A DNA stretch of 60,425 nt, the filler included, from Squatina squatina (taxonomy: Eukaryota): assembly GCA_031763465.1 (NCBI GenBank). It is 4 parts of 3 records of this genome, joined end to end, with 100 filler letters (N's around TTAATTAATTAA, not from the genome) between each part and the next. Parts side by side here need not be neighbours in the genome. Positions count along the whole stretch, not along the records: positions 15,399 to 28,737 come from JARFOE010000001.1; positions 28,838 to 42,768 come from JARFOE010000001.1; 2 more parts are not named here. The stretch is one strand, 5' to 3'. Under the pieces are notes generated by a model, which did not search any database, was not told the DNA's origin, and saw only the letters and a program-made list of their open reading frames with translations. The translations under genes and the position numbers were made by a program. Positions 24,570-38,182 of the stretch are shown in pieces; the first letter of the stretch is position 1, and every line of letters starts with the position of its first letter.

Positions 24570-26166
24570 GTCTAACTCAGTCTACAATCTAATTCAGTCT
24601 ACAGCCTAACTCAGTCTACAGTCCAACTCAGTGTGACTCCGTCTACAGTCGAACTCAGTGTGACTCTGTCTACAGTTTAACTCAATGTGACCCAGTCCAC
24701 AGTCTGAGTCAGTGTGACTCCATCTACAGTCTAACTTAGTGTGATGCAGTCTACAGTCTACACCAGTCTACAATCTAATTCAATCTACAGTCTAACTCAG
24801 TCTACAGTCTAACTCATTGTGACTCACTCTACTGTCTAACTCAGTGTGACTCAGTCTACAGTATAACTCAGTGTGACTCCGTGTACAGTCTAACTCAGTC
24901 TACAATCTTATTCAGTCTACTGCCTAACACAGTCTCCAGTCCAACTCAGTGTGGCTCAGACTACAGTCTAACGCAGTGTGACTCAGTCTACAGTCTAACT
25001 CAGTCTAAAGTCTAACTCCGTGTAACTCAGTCTACAATCTAATTCAGTCCACAGTCGAACACAATCTACTGTCTAACTCAGTGTGACTCAGTCCACCAGT
25101 CTAACCCAATGTGACTCAGTCTAACAGTCAAACAGAGTGTGACTCGGTCTAACAGTATATTTCATTGCAGTTCAGTCTACAGTCTAACTCAGTGTGACCC
25201 AGTCTAACAGTCTAACTCAGTGTAATACAGTCTACAGTCTAACACAATGAGACGGTCTACAGTCTAACTCAGTGTAACTCAGTCTACAGTCGAACTCAGT
25301 GTGACTGAGTCTAACAGTCTAACTCTGTGTGACTGAGTCTACAGTCTAACACAATGTGACTCAGTCTACAGTCTAACTCAGTGTGACTCAGTCTACAGTC
25401 CAGCTTAGTCTACAATCTAATACAGTCTACAGCCTAATTCAGTCTACAGTCTAACTCAGTGTGACTCCGTCTACAGTCTAACTCAGTGTGACCCAGTTTA
25501 CAATCTATCTCAGTGTGGCTCCATCTACAGCCTAACTAAGTGTAACTCAATCCACAGTCTAACTCAGTGTGACTCTGTCTACAGTGTAACTCAGTGTGCC
25601 TCTGTCTGCAGTCTAACTCTGTGTGACTCTGTCTACAGTCTAACTCAGTGTGACTCCGTCTACAGTCTAACTCAGTGTGACTCTGTCTACAGTCTAACTC
25701 AGCGTGACTCTGTCTACAGTGTAACTCAGTCTAAAGTCCAACTCAGTGTAACTCAGGCTACAATCTAATTCAGTCCACAGTCTAACCCAGTCAACAGTCT
25801 CTCTCAGTGTGACTCCGTCACAGTCTAACTCAGTGTAACTCATTCTACAGTCTAACTCAGTCTACAATCTAATGCAGTCTACAGTGGAACACAGTCTACT
25901 GTCTAACTCAGTGTGACTCAGTCTACAATCTAACTCAGTGTGACTCGGTCTAACAGTATAATTCATTGCAGTTCAGTCTGCATTCTAACTCAGTGTGACT
26001 CTGTCCAACAGTCTAACTCAGTGTAATACAGTCCACAGTCTAACACACTGAGTCGGTCGACAGTCTAACTCAGTGTAACTCAGTCTAACAGCCTAACTCA
26101 ATGTGACTCAGTCTAACAGTCTAACGGAGTGTGACTCAGTCTACAGTCTAATTCAGTGTAACTCAA
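24570..26166. repeat. Tandem satellite built from GTCTAACTCA / GTGTGACTCA / GTCTACA subunits (basic unit about 27 bp)
   Basis: Continuous 1.6-kb array; consensus CAGTCTAACTCAGTGTGACTCAGTCTA; left edge lies in a gap. Confidence 0.95.
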
Positions 26167-27139
26167 TCAAAGAGGCTGCACATTTCCCAATCCAGTGAGG
26201 GTCAATTTGAGTTACTGGCGCTTTGAACTAAGTGTCCATGGGATGTGTGAAACAGCCCAAACACAGACAGGTATCATCATCATGCCTTTGTGCTCATAGA
26301 TTTGTTGACACTGGGTAATTACCTCTGTCTCACACACTGATCTTCAAAGCAGGGGCTATTTTTCAAAGGGTTTTTATGAGTATAAAAATCCAGCACATTT
26401 CATGTATTAGTCTGGCCATGAAGCACAGGGATGGAATGTGACTGCATAAGCATCTGCAAAGACTGTGTTCTGTTTGTTCTCCGAGCGAATAAGCCTGTTA
26501 TTTCTTTCTGAAAGTATTTTTTTTATCTCTAGGTCTGCAAGTAAGTTTGAAAAGGATCTGCCTAGTTTGTCTACTTAACTCTTCACAAATTAGTTCCAGG
26601 CTGCTGTTTATTGGAATTATTTTATTATTTTGCTTTTACTGCTTTCTTCTGTAAATAACTATTCACGAATAAACCCATTTAATTGTTTAGCTGTCTCCTG
26701 TGGCTCATATTATTTGTATTCTGAAATGACGTGAGATGTCGTGGAGTTCCCACATGATATCCAGTAACAATCTGAAGTTTCATGTGGTACATAATTCCAT
26801 ATTAATTGATTAGTAATGTCACTTTTTGGTTCATAGCAAACAAGGGTTTGTTTATGGAAGGGCACAGTTTTTGCATTTGAAATGAGTGAGCCAAAATAGT
26901 AACTCCTTATTTGACTTTGACTTGCTATTGATACCCATAACAGGCTTGAAGGAGCAAGTGTCCCTGTGATTTTTAATCTGTGTTATTTCTCNNNNNNNNN
27001 NNNNNNNNNNNNNNNNNNNNNNNNNNNNNNNNNNNNNNNNNNNNNNNNNNNNNNNNNNNNNNNNNNNNNNNNNNNNNNNNNNNNNNNNNNNAACTTTCAA
27101 TTGAAGCACACTTCCTGCGCTCTATATAGTGCTGGAAAT

Positions 27140-27411
27140 CATTAGATCAAGCATTTCTTTTAAGTGTCACAAGCCTTGACTAATTCAGCTGCAGGCGGCC
27201 ATTTTGGGCGTTGTGCCCAGTTATGACATCATCTAGATCACCTAACGCTAAAATGAACTTTTCCTGCCTTACAAGGTTTGCACCCGTTTAGCGCCATTTT
27301 TTTGGGTACCCGAATTTTCCGCCACTAAATTTAACGCCCTAAATCAGCGTTAGCACTTAACGCTGATTTAGCACTAATTTATCACCAAAAAAAGAACCGA
27401 ATTGGGCACTC
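27140..27411. mobile_element. PIF/Harbinger terminal arm, family of 6576-7331
   Basis: Reverse complement aligns with 6576-6810 (CTAGATG..GTCA...GCCCAAAATGGCCGCC); ends CGAATTGGGCACTC followed by TAA. Confidence 0.75.
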
Positions 27412-28737
27412 TAAGTGTTTTAGGGTAATACACTACATTCTGTGTGATTTTATAAGGTCTCATGTTTCAACAGGGTGGATCAGATTTGACTTTGCATTCA
27501 ATAGCTGAATTTTGTAATACTAATATCTCTTGGAAAATCCAACTCATCCTTTCTGTGTGTTATGTAATGAATAGAAGGTATAGGGAGATATAAGGTGCAT
27601 TTTGACACAGCAGTATATGTATTATGTACATTCAGATAATCATCACAAGTTTGGGATGTGGAAATCTGGCTATAAAGTGGATGTTCTGAAAGGAATATTA
27701 CAGATCAGCAACTGCACTTACAACCAAGAGCTTCTGAATATAGAGGGGGTTAGTTTTACCAGTTCACAGAGCCACTCCCACTATATGTCATTATTATTAT
27801 TATAGGGAATGGTGCTAAAGAGAGTCAGGCACTATTTAAGGAGGACACAGCCCACCAAATATGACACATCCCCTTGGAATATACAGGCAGCACGGCCTAT
27901 AAATTCAGTGCTAACTGGGCAGAGAGTGCAGGCAAAGGGAGAGGCAAGTATAGAAAGAGAGATTGTAGAGAAAGGAAATGTGGGGTGTTTCAGAGAATTT
28001 GGGGAAAGAGACTGTATGGACAGTGAGAAGAGACAGATATAGATGAAGGAAGTTCAGACTGAACTTACCACTGTAAGATTACAGGGACTGCAGAGAGAGG
28101 GAGAAGAGAAAGGATGCAGTTTGAACGGACATGTGAAATTATAGAGACTCTGTGGAGAAGGAAGGAAGGAGATCTGGAGGCGGGAACCTCAGCCTGAACT
28201 GACTTCTAGGGTCAGTACTTTTCTGAAGTACTCCCCAAACTATCCGGTCTCCAATTCCATTTAATTGCTGGTGCAGTAATCTATAAAGGTTGGTGGGTTT
28301 GCTCACATTTGGAGCTGTCAATCAGCTGCCTAACGGTAAATAAATGTAAAAACATTATTCATCATTAATTAATGGGTGATTTGAGTTACAGAAAATATTT
28401 TAAAATTATATCAATGAGACTAAAGGCAGCTGTAACTGATGGGGTTAACTATCTATATTAACTCCATTAAACTGAGGCCGACTTCTGGCTTAAATTTTAT
28501 AAAAGAGTAAAAAAAGACCGTGTGAGATTTAATTGTTCTTTCTCCCACCATATAATCATGTAGTTAATCATTCAAGAACAGCTGTGTACATTAGAGAATT
28601 CATCTAGTGCTGAAATGAGGGAGGATTATCGGATTTCCAGTGTTTGAAGATGGATTTTTGGCTGGTATTAATTTTAACAGGACAAGTCCTGGGACAATTT
28701 CCAGAGGTCAAATCTCCCAATAAACGGAGTTCAGGGA

Positions 28738-28837
28738 NNNNNNNNNNNNNNNNNNNNNNNNNNNNNNNNNNNNNNNNNNNNTTAATTAATTAANNNNNNN
28801 NNNNNNNNNNNNNNNNNNNNNNNNNNNNNNNNNNNNN
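28738..28837. other. Artificial scaffold-join spacer
   Basis: N44-TTAATTAATTAA-N44. Confidence 0.95.
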
Positions 28838-29378
28838 AAATGATGGTGTATTGGCAAGGAGCATATACTCTGGATTTTTAGAAACAATTTTGCATGTAGT
28901 GTGCACTTAAACAAAGGCAATGTCTGTGCCTCTAAAGAGAACCATGAATGCAATGACCGAAGCTCTATTCAAGTAACTAATGCTTAAAGGGCAAAATCCA
29001 TTTTTGGGCATGAAAATATCTAGCATGCAAATTCACCAAAACTTGGCAACCTTATCAGAACAAAAATCAACTATCCACAATCTTACCTGAACAAAAAGCA
29101 GATAATTGAAAATTAAATTTTAGAAAATAGCATTTTTACACAATTACAAATAATCTGTAGCCAAAATATAATAGAAAACATTAATGACAAACCTTCTCAT
29201 AGTAAACAATACCGTATTCTTTGTCTTCAGACTTAACACGTGGAAATTCAACCATAAGATACATAAAATTAGAGCTTCTTTTTTCACACTGCAACAAAAA
29301 AAAGATGCGAAGTTAAAAGGCTGTGCATTTTATTGAAACAAATGTTCTCATGAAAGTGATATTACTCGGAAGCCTTCA

Positions 29379-29621
<243 letters not shown>

Positions 29622-32600
29622 TCAGCTAAACATTCTGCACAATCTTGGCATGTTTATTTCAACTAATGATTTCAGACAATCTAACATAGCTCTATCTGGG
29701 AATCTAGGAGTCAGCAAAGAAGCTGCAAATGGCTCTTCATCTACAGACTGCTAGTTTTAAGTGCCCATTTTCAAGGGGACCCCAGAATCACCTTTTGCTA
29801 GCGATCCAGTCATTTAAGTGACCCTTAGCGGGTGGGCCAGGACTTACAAATGAATCATTTTTTAACCTCTTAACTAGCAATATAGGGAGAGACCGGACCA
29901 TTGTGCTGCAAATTTGGTTCTGAGATCTGTAGAGGGCATTGTGCAGCCTGCAGACTTTAGTTATTATGCTACTATGCTAACTGTGTCTTGCACTGAACTC
30001 CGTTAAACTGTGCATGCTTACACAGTCTCAACAGGTTAATTTTCAGTGCTAGGTGAGTGTGAACAGCACACTCATGTTCCTCCCAACATCAACAACACTC
30101 TTGCTTACTAAAAAAAAGTATTTCCTGTTAATTTTTATCTATTAAAATTTCCTATCTCTACTAGCGGGAGTGGGTAATTACAGTGAGACAAGTTTGCAAT
30201 AGCAGTTTCTCCTATAAATATTGACATGGGTTGGATGGCCATCCCAATGTAGTCGTCCTGGACCTGGAGTTATAGCCTCAACTTATACTACCAACAAAGT
30301 GAATGAAAGAGCATCAGAAAGCTAGAGCCTGATCCTGGGAGAAAGGAAATGGCCCTNNNNNNNNNNNNNNNNNNNNNNNNNNNNNNNNNNNNNNNNNNNN
30401 NNNNNNNNNNNNNNNNNNNNNNNNNNNNNNNNNNNNNNNNNNNNNNNNNNNNNNNNGCTTCCACATTTGACCAAACTTTCAAGTCATGCATACCCTGTCG
30501 AAACATGCTGAAAATTAAGAGCATAAGAGGAAGTAAATCACCGAAAAATTAAATTGCATTAGCTGGTCATCCATAGCATATAAATCAAGCATGAAACAAA
30601 ACAGGAATGTCTGATTATCAATGGCTCTCTGTGAGTTTAATAGTCACGAGAAAATCTACTAAATCCTGAAAGAGCCAATTAGGTACCAGTACATTAGTAT
30701 TTAACAAAACACATACAAAAAATAGTAACTAATCAACATAAGCAACCAAAAAATAACTAAAAACTGGTTAGTTACAGAGGACACATGTGATGAATTCAAT
30801 ATCAAAATTTATTCAAAAAGTAAGAAAACTGAATAACTCACTAATAGCAAAGTGGAATTAAGTGAAAACTGCTAAAAAAAAAACCCTCTGGCTAATTTCT
30901 TTGCAAAACATATAAAGTATTTTTGAAATGAAAACACAAGTGGGCAGATTCTAAAATTAACTTTAGCGGATGGAAAATCACATGCTGTCTGACCATAATT
31001 TCCCGACTTGTGCTCTCAGCAAACACCTGGTCACAGAATTAGCAGAGTTTCTTTAAATAATATTGATTATCTCTTTGAGGAAAAAAATCTCCCTTCATTC
31101 TTCTTAATATTCTGCAGTCTATGTCCTTTTACCAACTCACCCACAAGCAGAAATAATCAATTCTTTGCTTCCTCATCATTTTCTTTTACTACTTTTTAAA
31201 ATCTATTAGATTCCCAAGTTGAGATTTTCTTCAAAATTATAACTTNNNNNNNNNNNNNNNNNNNNNNNNNNNNNNNNNNNNNNNNNNNNNNNNNNNNNNN
31301 NNNNNNNNNNNNNNNNNNNNNNNNNNNNNNNNNNNNNNNNNNNNNCGTTGAACTCATCAACATTTTGCACTGGACAGATGACTGGAATGTGATGTCTGCA
31401 AGAGTACTGATAATGTACACTACCGTAACAAATTCAGTTAAAATTCCTTTCACTGAAATTTTAAAGAGAAATGCCAAAACTAACAGTCATTAAAATACCT
31501 CCTACTAATCAACGACTGAATTCTCAGTGTGCTGTGGACTAGCAAAATCCAGCATGCAACAATGAAGAAGTAAGAGGTTTTTTTGGTGTATTAGTAACCT
31601 AACAACAGATTGAAACTATGGACAACTGTACCAATACGAGATGTCTCGCAGATGTTGCTCTAAATGGCAGGAGTGCAGAAACACTGNNNNNNNNNNGCAG
31701 TATCCATGATCAAGTGACAAATCTCCCATATCCTAAGACACGTTTCAGGAAACAGGGTTCTGGATTGTATAGATAGGGACATTGATTATCAATATATAAA
31801 TCTGATGTTCACTTGGTAAAATAAATAGATTAGGCCACGTTTCGGCTATCGCCTATCATTCTGGGCACCCCATTATAGGAAGGGTATTAGAGCCAAGGAA
31901 AGGTACAGTGAAGATTCACTGGAATTATACCAGGTATGAGAGGTCNNNNNNNNNNNNNNNNNNNNNNNNNNNNNNNNNNNNNNNNNNNNNNNNNNNNNNN
32001 NNNNNNNNNNNNNNNNNNNNNNNNNNNNNNNNNNNNNNNNNNNNNCTCATATCCACAATTGTCTGTCACAGAGTAGTTGCAACGTGAGACAGTGGAGTCC
32101 ATTTCTGAATTCTCTCTCCTAACTGAGTAGCTATTATTGTTCCCAATTTTTGGGTGTTTTTTTTCATTTATTCCATGTTTTAAACCCGATTTTCAGGCTT
32201 TTCACCCTTTTTTGCCCATTTGCATGCTTCCCCTCACCAGCAGTTTAACCAATTTTCCTGATATTTGTTTGTTTATCTGGTGCTTCAAATCCAATTTTTG
32301 AATTTTGCACCTGTTAAATGGGATACGCAGGACCCTATTATCCGTTGGCAGGCCTCCTCTTCCCACCAGCCACCCAATATTTGGCCAGGGACTATACAAA
32401 TCCTCGTGTCTCCTGAGGATATTCTGGATGACCTTTGGGCTTTGATTGCCTTCCTTCCCGTCCCTACATCAGAACCTGCAAATCTGCAACATCTGGCCCC
32501 CATAACCCCTGACCCCACCCTGGTCTCCACTAACCTTTGCCCACCACACTTCATAGGTAGAGATAGCTGCATTCTCAACTTACTTGAACCCTTCCTTTTA

Positions 32601-33668
32601 TCTGGTAGGTTTGCTCCCAGTGACCTTTCTTTGTGGTGGCCAATTAACATCTGAATTTAGAGATCAGCATTTTTTTATTTTGCACAAATATACGGTATTA
32701 ACTGTCTTAGCAAATTACAATGTCTTTTTTGACTAAAGAGCATTTTAGCCTTTTTAAACAAGTATTTTTTCATTGATGACTGTAAGACAAAGCAAAGAAA
32801 TTGTTTATTGAGAACGTACTTCTTTTCCAGCTGCTGCTCCCAATTTCAATCTTTCTCTTCTGAACTAATTTTGATGTTTAAGAACATTTTTAATATAAAA
32901 ACTTCTCAATGTTTCAAGGTCCTGCCAAACTGATAAGTCAGTGTTCTTGGTAAAACTACTTGGCACAGCACCAATATTCTTACAAAACTTCTGACTCACT
33001 GGAAACTGTGCCACTGGAGATGTGGTTGTATGAAGAATAAATACAGACTCTGAGAAAAGGCTCAGAAAATATTACTAAGAATCTTTCGCAATAAATGTTT
33101 GTTTTCTCTGGAATGTTGTGGGTTTATTGAAAATACACTGAAAAGCCCTTTAAGAGGAAAAGGAAGCAAACAGTAGGGATTGTCTGCGCTCTCACAGTAA
33201 AAACATAAAACTCTGTCAGAGGCAATCTAAAAAATGCACTGGATAAGTGTAAAGAACCTTTAAAGATTGCTTTTTATATTTCCGTTCCTATTTTGAACAT
33301 GGCATGACTTCCTAACAAGATGTCCACTGTTATGACAAATGGTTATGGGCAAATTGGGCAAATATTCCCCAGTGTTACGATTTTAGCAACTTAATTGATA
33401 TTTATCTCTTGTTCAAAAGCAAGGATCACTGGTGCAGACAAGCTCTAGCTCCCTGCAAGTATAAACTCACATGCACCCTATCCAGCAACACTGCATTGTA
33501 TAGGGGTCAAACAGGAGAGTCTTCTTACCTTAATTTGCATGTTGGGATTGACAAAATCTTCTGGGTTTNNNNNNNNNNNNNNNNNNNNNNNNNNNNNNNN
33601 NNNNNNNNNNNNNNNNNNNNNNNNNNNNNNNNNNNNNNNNNNNNNNNNNNNNNNNNNNNNNNNNNNNN

Positions 33669-34020
33669 GCTGCACTGTCGGAGGGGCAGTACTGAGTGGG
33701 TGCTGCACTGTCGGAGGGGCAGTACTGAGTGAGCTCCGCTCTGTCAGAGGGGCAGGACTGAGGGAGCGCGGCATTGCCGGAGAAGCAGTCCTGAGGGAGT
33801 GCTGCACTGCCAGAGGGTTTGCACTGAGGGAGTGCTGCACTGGCGGAGGGTCAGTACTGAGCAAGAGCTGCACTGTCAGAGGGGCAGTACTGAGGAAGTG
33901 CTGCACAGTCGGGGGGGCAGTACTGAGGGAGTGCCGCACTGTCGGAGGGGCAGTATTGAGGGAGTGCTGCGCTGTAGGAGGGGTAGTATTGAGGGAGCAC
34001 CGCACTGTCAGAGGGGCAGT
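33669..34020. repeat. 33-bp minisatellite, about 10.5 copies, derived from a DeuSINE segment
   Basis: Unit GCTGCACTGTCGGAGGGGCAGTACTGAGGGAGT; similar to the single copy GCAGTACTGAGGGACCGTTGTACGGTCGGAG inside the SINE at about 44802-44832. Confidence 0.9.
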
Positions 34021-35234
34021 ATCAAGTGATAACACTTTATTGTACCAATGAAGCTTAAAGCTTACTGCATAATCAAAATATCAACTATACTTGAGCTATT
34101 TGTTCTTTTGGCCAGTCGTTAGACATTTTCTCCAACAACTCTCAAAAACTAATATAGCTATTGGTTACCATTTATTTAATCTCCCTTTTTGCATGCTATT
34201 CCATGCATATTTCTGACAAATTAAAACATATCTCGGGATTACTCCAGATTTCCAGAACAGTATGGATTTCAACTCTCTGGTTAGCAGAAATTTATTTTTT
34301 TTACAGCTTGTTCTGTAAACATTTCTGTTTGTTCTTTTATAAATTCTCAAGATAAGTACAAAGAGATGGGGTTTGCGTGACATGTTCACATAAGAATCTT
34401 GAGGATATAATGACAAGCCCTCCAGCACTGCTGTTAGGTTGCTAGGCTGTATAAATGCAATGCCAGAGCCCAAACAAGACAGACTCTGTGTTTGCTCTGC
34501 ACAATCCCTGTAAATAAAGAATAGCAAATGCATGTTAACAATCAATTCAAAATGAAAAGATCTCCCACAAATATTAGAACAAGGAATGGTGTTACATTGT
34601 TTGCATCCTGGCGTAATAAAATTCCCTTCATCATCACCAAGAGAGATTTATTGTCTGCATTAGAGAAAGCAGATTTAGCTGTCTGCCATTATTGCAAAGA
34701 ATAGATTTTATTGAGAAATAATAGCCTTGGAATGATTGTTTCTGATATTGGCAGCAAATGCTTCACACGTTCCTCTAACTTACCTCTTTCCATTATGTTA
34801 TAGGGGATGTTAACCCACTTAAAACAAACAGATCTCATCTCAACAGTGAGGACACTCTTCATTGTGTGGCTGTGTCATACTGCCATGCTAAGTGGGGCAG
34901 GCTAAGGGCAGAACTGGACATCCATGAAATGCTGGTGGCCATCAGCAACAGAAAAATTGTATACCACCAGGATTTGTAACCTCATGGCCGAGCACATATC
35001 TCATTACTCCATCAACAGCAAGCTGGGAGACCAACCCTAGTTCAATAGGGAGTGCAGAAGGCATAATTTAGAATGAGGTGCCAACTTAATGATGGTTCAA
35101 TGCAGAGTTTCCTGTGAACCACACAGCAAAAACAGCAGATTTAGACGCAACCAAAATTCTGTAGCCCAGATTCCAGCTGACAATGGTGGTGGATAATCAG
35201 GGAGCTAACAGGAGGAGGTTCCATGAACATCCTT

Positions 35235-35593
35235 GGGCGCCCAATTCATCCTTTTTTTCTGNNNNNNNNNNNNNNNNNNNNNNNNNNNNNNNNNNNNNNN
35301 NNNNNNNNNNNNNNNNNNNNNNNNNNNNNNNNNNNNNNNNNNNNNNNNNNNNNNNNNNNNNAATTGTTGAGCGGGCGGCCATTATGGGCATTGCGCCTAC
35401 TGCTGATGTCATTGATGCCATCTAGCGCTGGACGCTGAGTTTTCAGTGCTACAGGTGCAATGTCCATTTAGCGCCAATGTTAACCGGACCCCAATTTCCC
35501 ATCGCTGAAGTTAGTGCCCAAAATCGGCATTATGCCGTTACTGCCGATTTACTGCTACTTTAGCACCCCAAAAAAATGACAAATTGGCCTCCC
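35235..35593. mobile_element. PIF/Harbinger element with both termini visible, interior in a gap
   Basis: Left GGGCGCCCAATTCATCCTTTTTT; right AAAAAAATGACAAATTGGCCTCCC; 35362-35593 aligns in reverse with 6576-6790. Confidence 0.75.
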
Positions 35594-36770
35594 GTTATCT
35601 CTTTACCTCCCGGTGAATCAATAGGTCAGCACTGAGACCAGCCTTTCTGATTCTGTATTGCTCACCTGTCATCTGCTTTCTAAGCTCTCCATTATGGAAC
35701 TGGCACTCATATTCCTTCTCCTACCTGCCCTAGAAAAAAAACATTGCAGAAATCCTTTTCTCAACAAACATCAATTCAGTTTCCTTTCAAGGGTGATTTT
35801 GACCCTGAATCAACTACCTGCTCTGATGCTTGCTCCACATATGCTATTGAAAGAAACGGTATTTTCTAAACTATAATCAAATGAGCTCATTTTTTAAAAT
35901 AATAAATACCCTTGTAAAACTGAACATTAACAAGCAAAGAATGATCAGTGTGACAGTTGTGATGATAAGACTGGTGAAGCATAAATAAAATTCATCGTTC
36001 TTTAGTTGTCAACTTTTTGCCAATATTCTTACGTGCTATAATCATTCTGGATACTTGTATTGTGTTAAATAAGTCGGAATGTATGCCATAGTGCACTATA
36101 AAGACTATAAGACTAAAATCAATAGGTTAAAGCCTTTGCAGTTGTCCTGAAGGTGCTTTGTTGTGGGCAAGTCTGTAGTTTTTTTTTCTGCTGAACTATC
36201 CGTTTATTTTGCTGAAGTAAGTAGGTTCCTTCATTGTAGTTTCCTGATTAAAAATCAGTAACGTTTGAAACACTGAATAGCCACAAAGGTCAATGCGTGT
36301 CATTCGTCTCACAATATCATTAACAACAGCTATAGCAAAGACAGCAAGGCGAAGTTCAACTGCGTGCTATGGAAAGTGTGTTGTCAAAGGGGACAGAGAC
36401 TGATGATGGATTTCAAGCTGTTAACATGTGGATACAGAGGAAGTAAGGCCAGCGGAAATGAAACTTCCTAATTGCATATCCTTGTCATTTTTTTCTGCCG
36501 ATGTTTACTTCCTATTTTGATACCTAGTTAAATAAAGGCACAATTTCTGAACTCCATCTGATAGGCAGCAGCTTCACCTTGTTTACAATGTGTTCCCATT
36601 AGGAAGCAATTCTGATAAAACTGTTGATGGAACCTTGCTTCCATTTCATGCACAGTTCTTTGGCAGGAACACTATAAGTGAGCAAAGTAAGCAAAAATAA
36701 CGTGCAAATGTTTAAAACTTCAAATGTTTTTGTTAACATTTCAAAAAACTAACTTACATACAAATGGCCG

Positions 36771-37416
36771 AATCATGGAAACATAGAATGGTTCCAGCAC
36801 AAAAGGAGGCCATTCAGCCGATCGAGCTCGTGTTGACTCTCTGCAAAAGAATTTCAGCTAGTCCCACTCCCCTCCCCTTTCCTCGTAGCCTTGTAATTTT
36901 TTTTTCCTTCAGGAACTTGTCCAATTCCCTTTTGAAAGCTACCCTCTCAGGCAGTGCATTCCAGATCCTAACTACTTGCTGTATAAAACAGTTTTTCCTC
37001 ATATTTCTCTTTGGTTCACTTGCCAATCACCTTAAGTCTGTATCCCTTGGTTCTCGACCCCTCCAATGGAAACAGTTTCTCTCTATCTACTCTGTCTAGA
37101 CTCATCATGATTTTGATCACCTTTATTAAATCTCCTCTCAAACTTCTCTGTTCTAAGGAGAACAACCCCAGTCTCTCTAGTCTATCCACGTAACTAAAGT
37201 CCCTCATCCCTGGAATCATTCTCATAATTTTTTCCTGCACCCTCTCTAAGGCCTGTGCATCTTTCCTAAATCATGCTGCCCAGAATTGGACACAATACCC
37301 CAGAGTTGAGGTTGGGCCACTGTTTTATAAAGGTTCATCATAACTTCCTTGCCTTTGTACTCTCTGCCTCTATTCATGAAGCCCAGGATCCCGTATGTTT
37401 TTTTTTTTAACCGCTT
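36771..37416 (-). mobile_element. 5'-truncated CR1 LINE
   Basis: RMIPGMRDFSYVDRLERLGLFSLEQRSLRGDLIKVIKIM... and MRKNCFIQQVVRIWNALPERV...FKRELDKFLK. Confidence 0.92.
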
Positions 37417-37516
37417 NNNNNNNNNNNNNNNNNNNNNNNNNNNNNNNNNNNNNNNNNNNNNNNNNNNNNNNNNNNNNNNNNNNNNNNNNNNNNNNNNNNN
37501 NNNNNNNNNNNNNNNN

Positions 37517-37685
37517 GCCAACTGACATCACGCTTTTCAGATTTGCATCTCCGAGGCCATAAGGCCCTCACCAAAATGGCAGCCGCTGAGTCCCACATTA
37601 GAGAATGGCGTGAGAGTGGTGGCCGCTATTTTTCACAGGATTGCGGTGCTAACACGTGGCAGTAAGTAGTATAATTTCTGGGCCC
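37517..37685. mobile_element. Harbinger-like MITE end
   Basis: GC-rich, contains CAAAATGGCAGCCGC, ends AATTTCTGGGCCC (same class as AATTTCAGGGCC at 10775-10786 and GGCCTGAAATT at 39146). Confidence 0.45.
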
Positions 37686-38160
37686 GAGAGTTGGACTTGA
37701 TATTTTTGCCCACAGCTGTGACTGAAGATTGTGCAGTCTGAGCATGTACAGTGCACCCGCTTTCCAAAGACACATCCAAATCAATTAGTCAGCTGTACTG
37801 CANNNNNNNNNNAGTTTTATCAGGTAAAAGTTTATATTGAATGTTTTTCTAAAAGATGAGATCTGAAAGAAAGGAAGAAAATGACAAACTGTATTGAGTA
37901 AACACCTACTGTAACTTTCGTGTGGTGCTCTATAAACTTCAGACAGTGTTGGGACATTTCATCAGTTCAGATGACGGGTCTCATCCAAAATATTTACCTA
38001 TCTTTTTCTTTCAGAGTCCCACCACTCATCGTTTTTTTTATCGCTATTGAAGAATTAACTTTTCACTGTTAAATGAATATAGTGATACATCTAAATTATT
38101 TTCCAAGCAGAATTTTATTTGCTTTTATTCAAAAGGAATGTGCTGCAATTTGTCTTCCAA

Positions 38161-38182
38161 TATATATATATATATATATATA
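38161..38182. repeat. (TA)11 microsatellite
   Basis: Direct reading. Confidence 0.95.

Noticed and set aside
24570-26166. Possible CRISPR-like repeat-spacer array
   Set aside because: No unique spacers, no cas genes and a vertebrate context; it is a tandem satellite.
32265-32654. Antiparallel 121-129 aa ORFs
   Set aside because: No recognisable domain or splice structure; probably a decayed repeat.
33478-34051. Cys-rich or mucin-like repetitive proteins
   Set aside because: Translations of a 33-bp SINE-derived minisatellite; no splice or start context.
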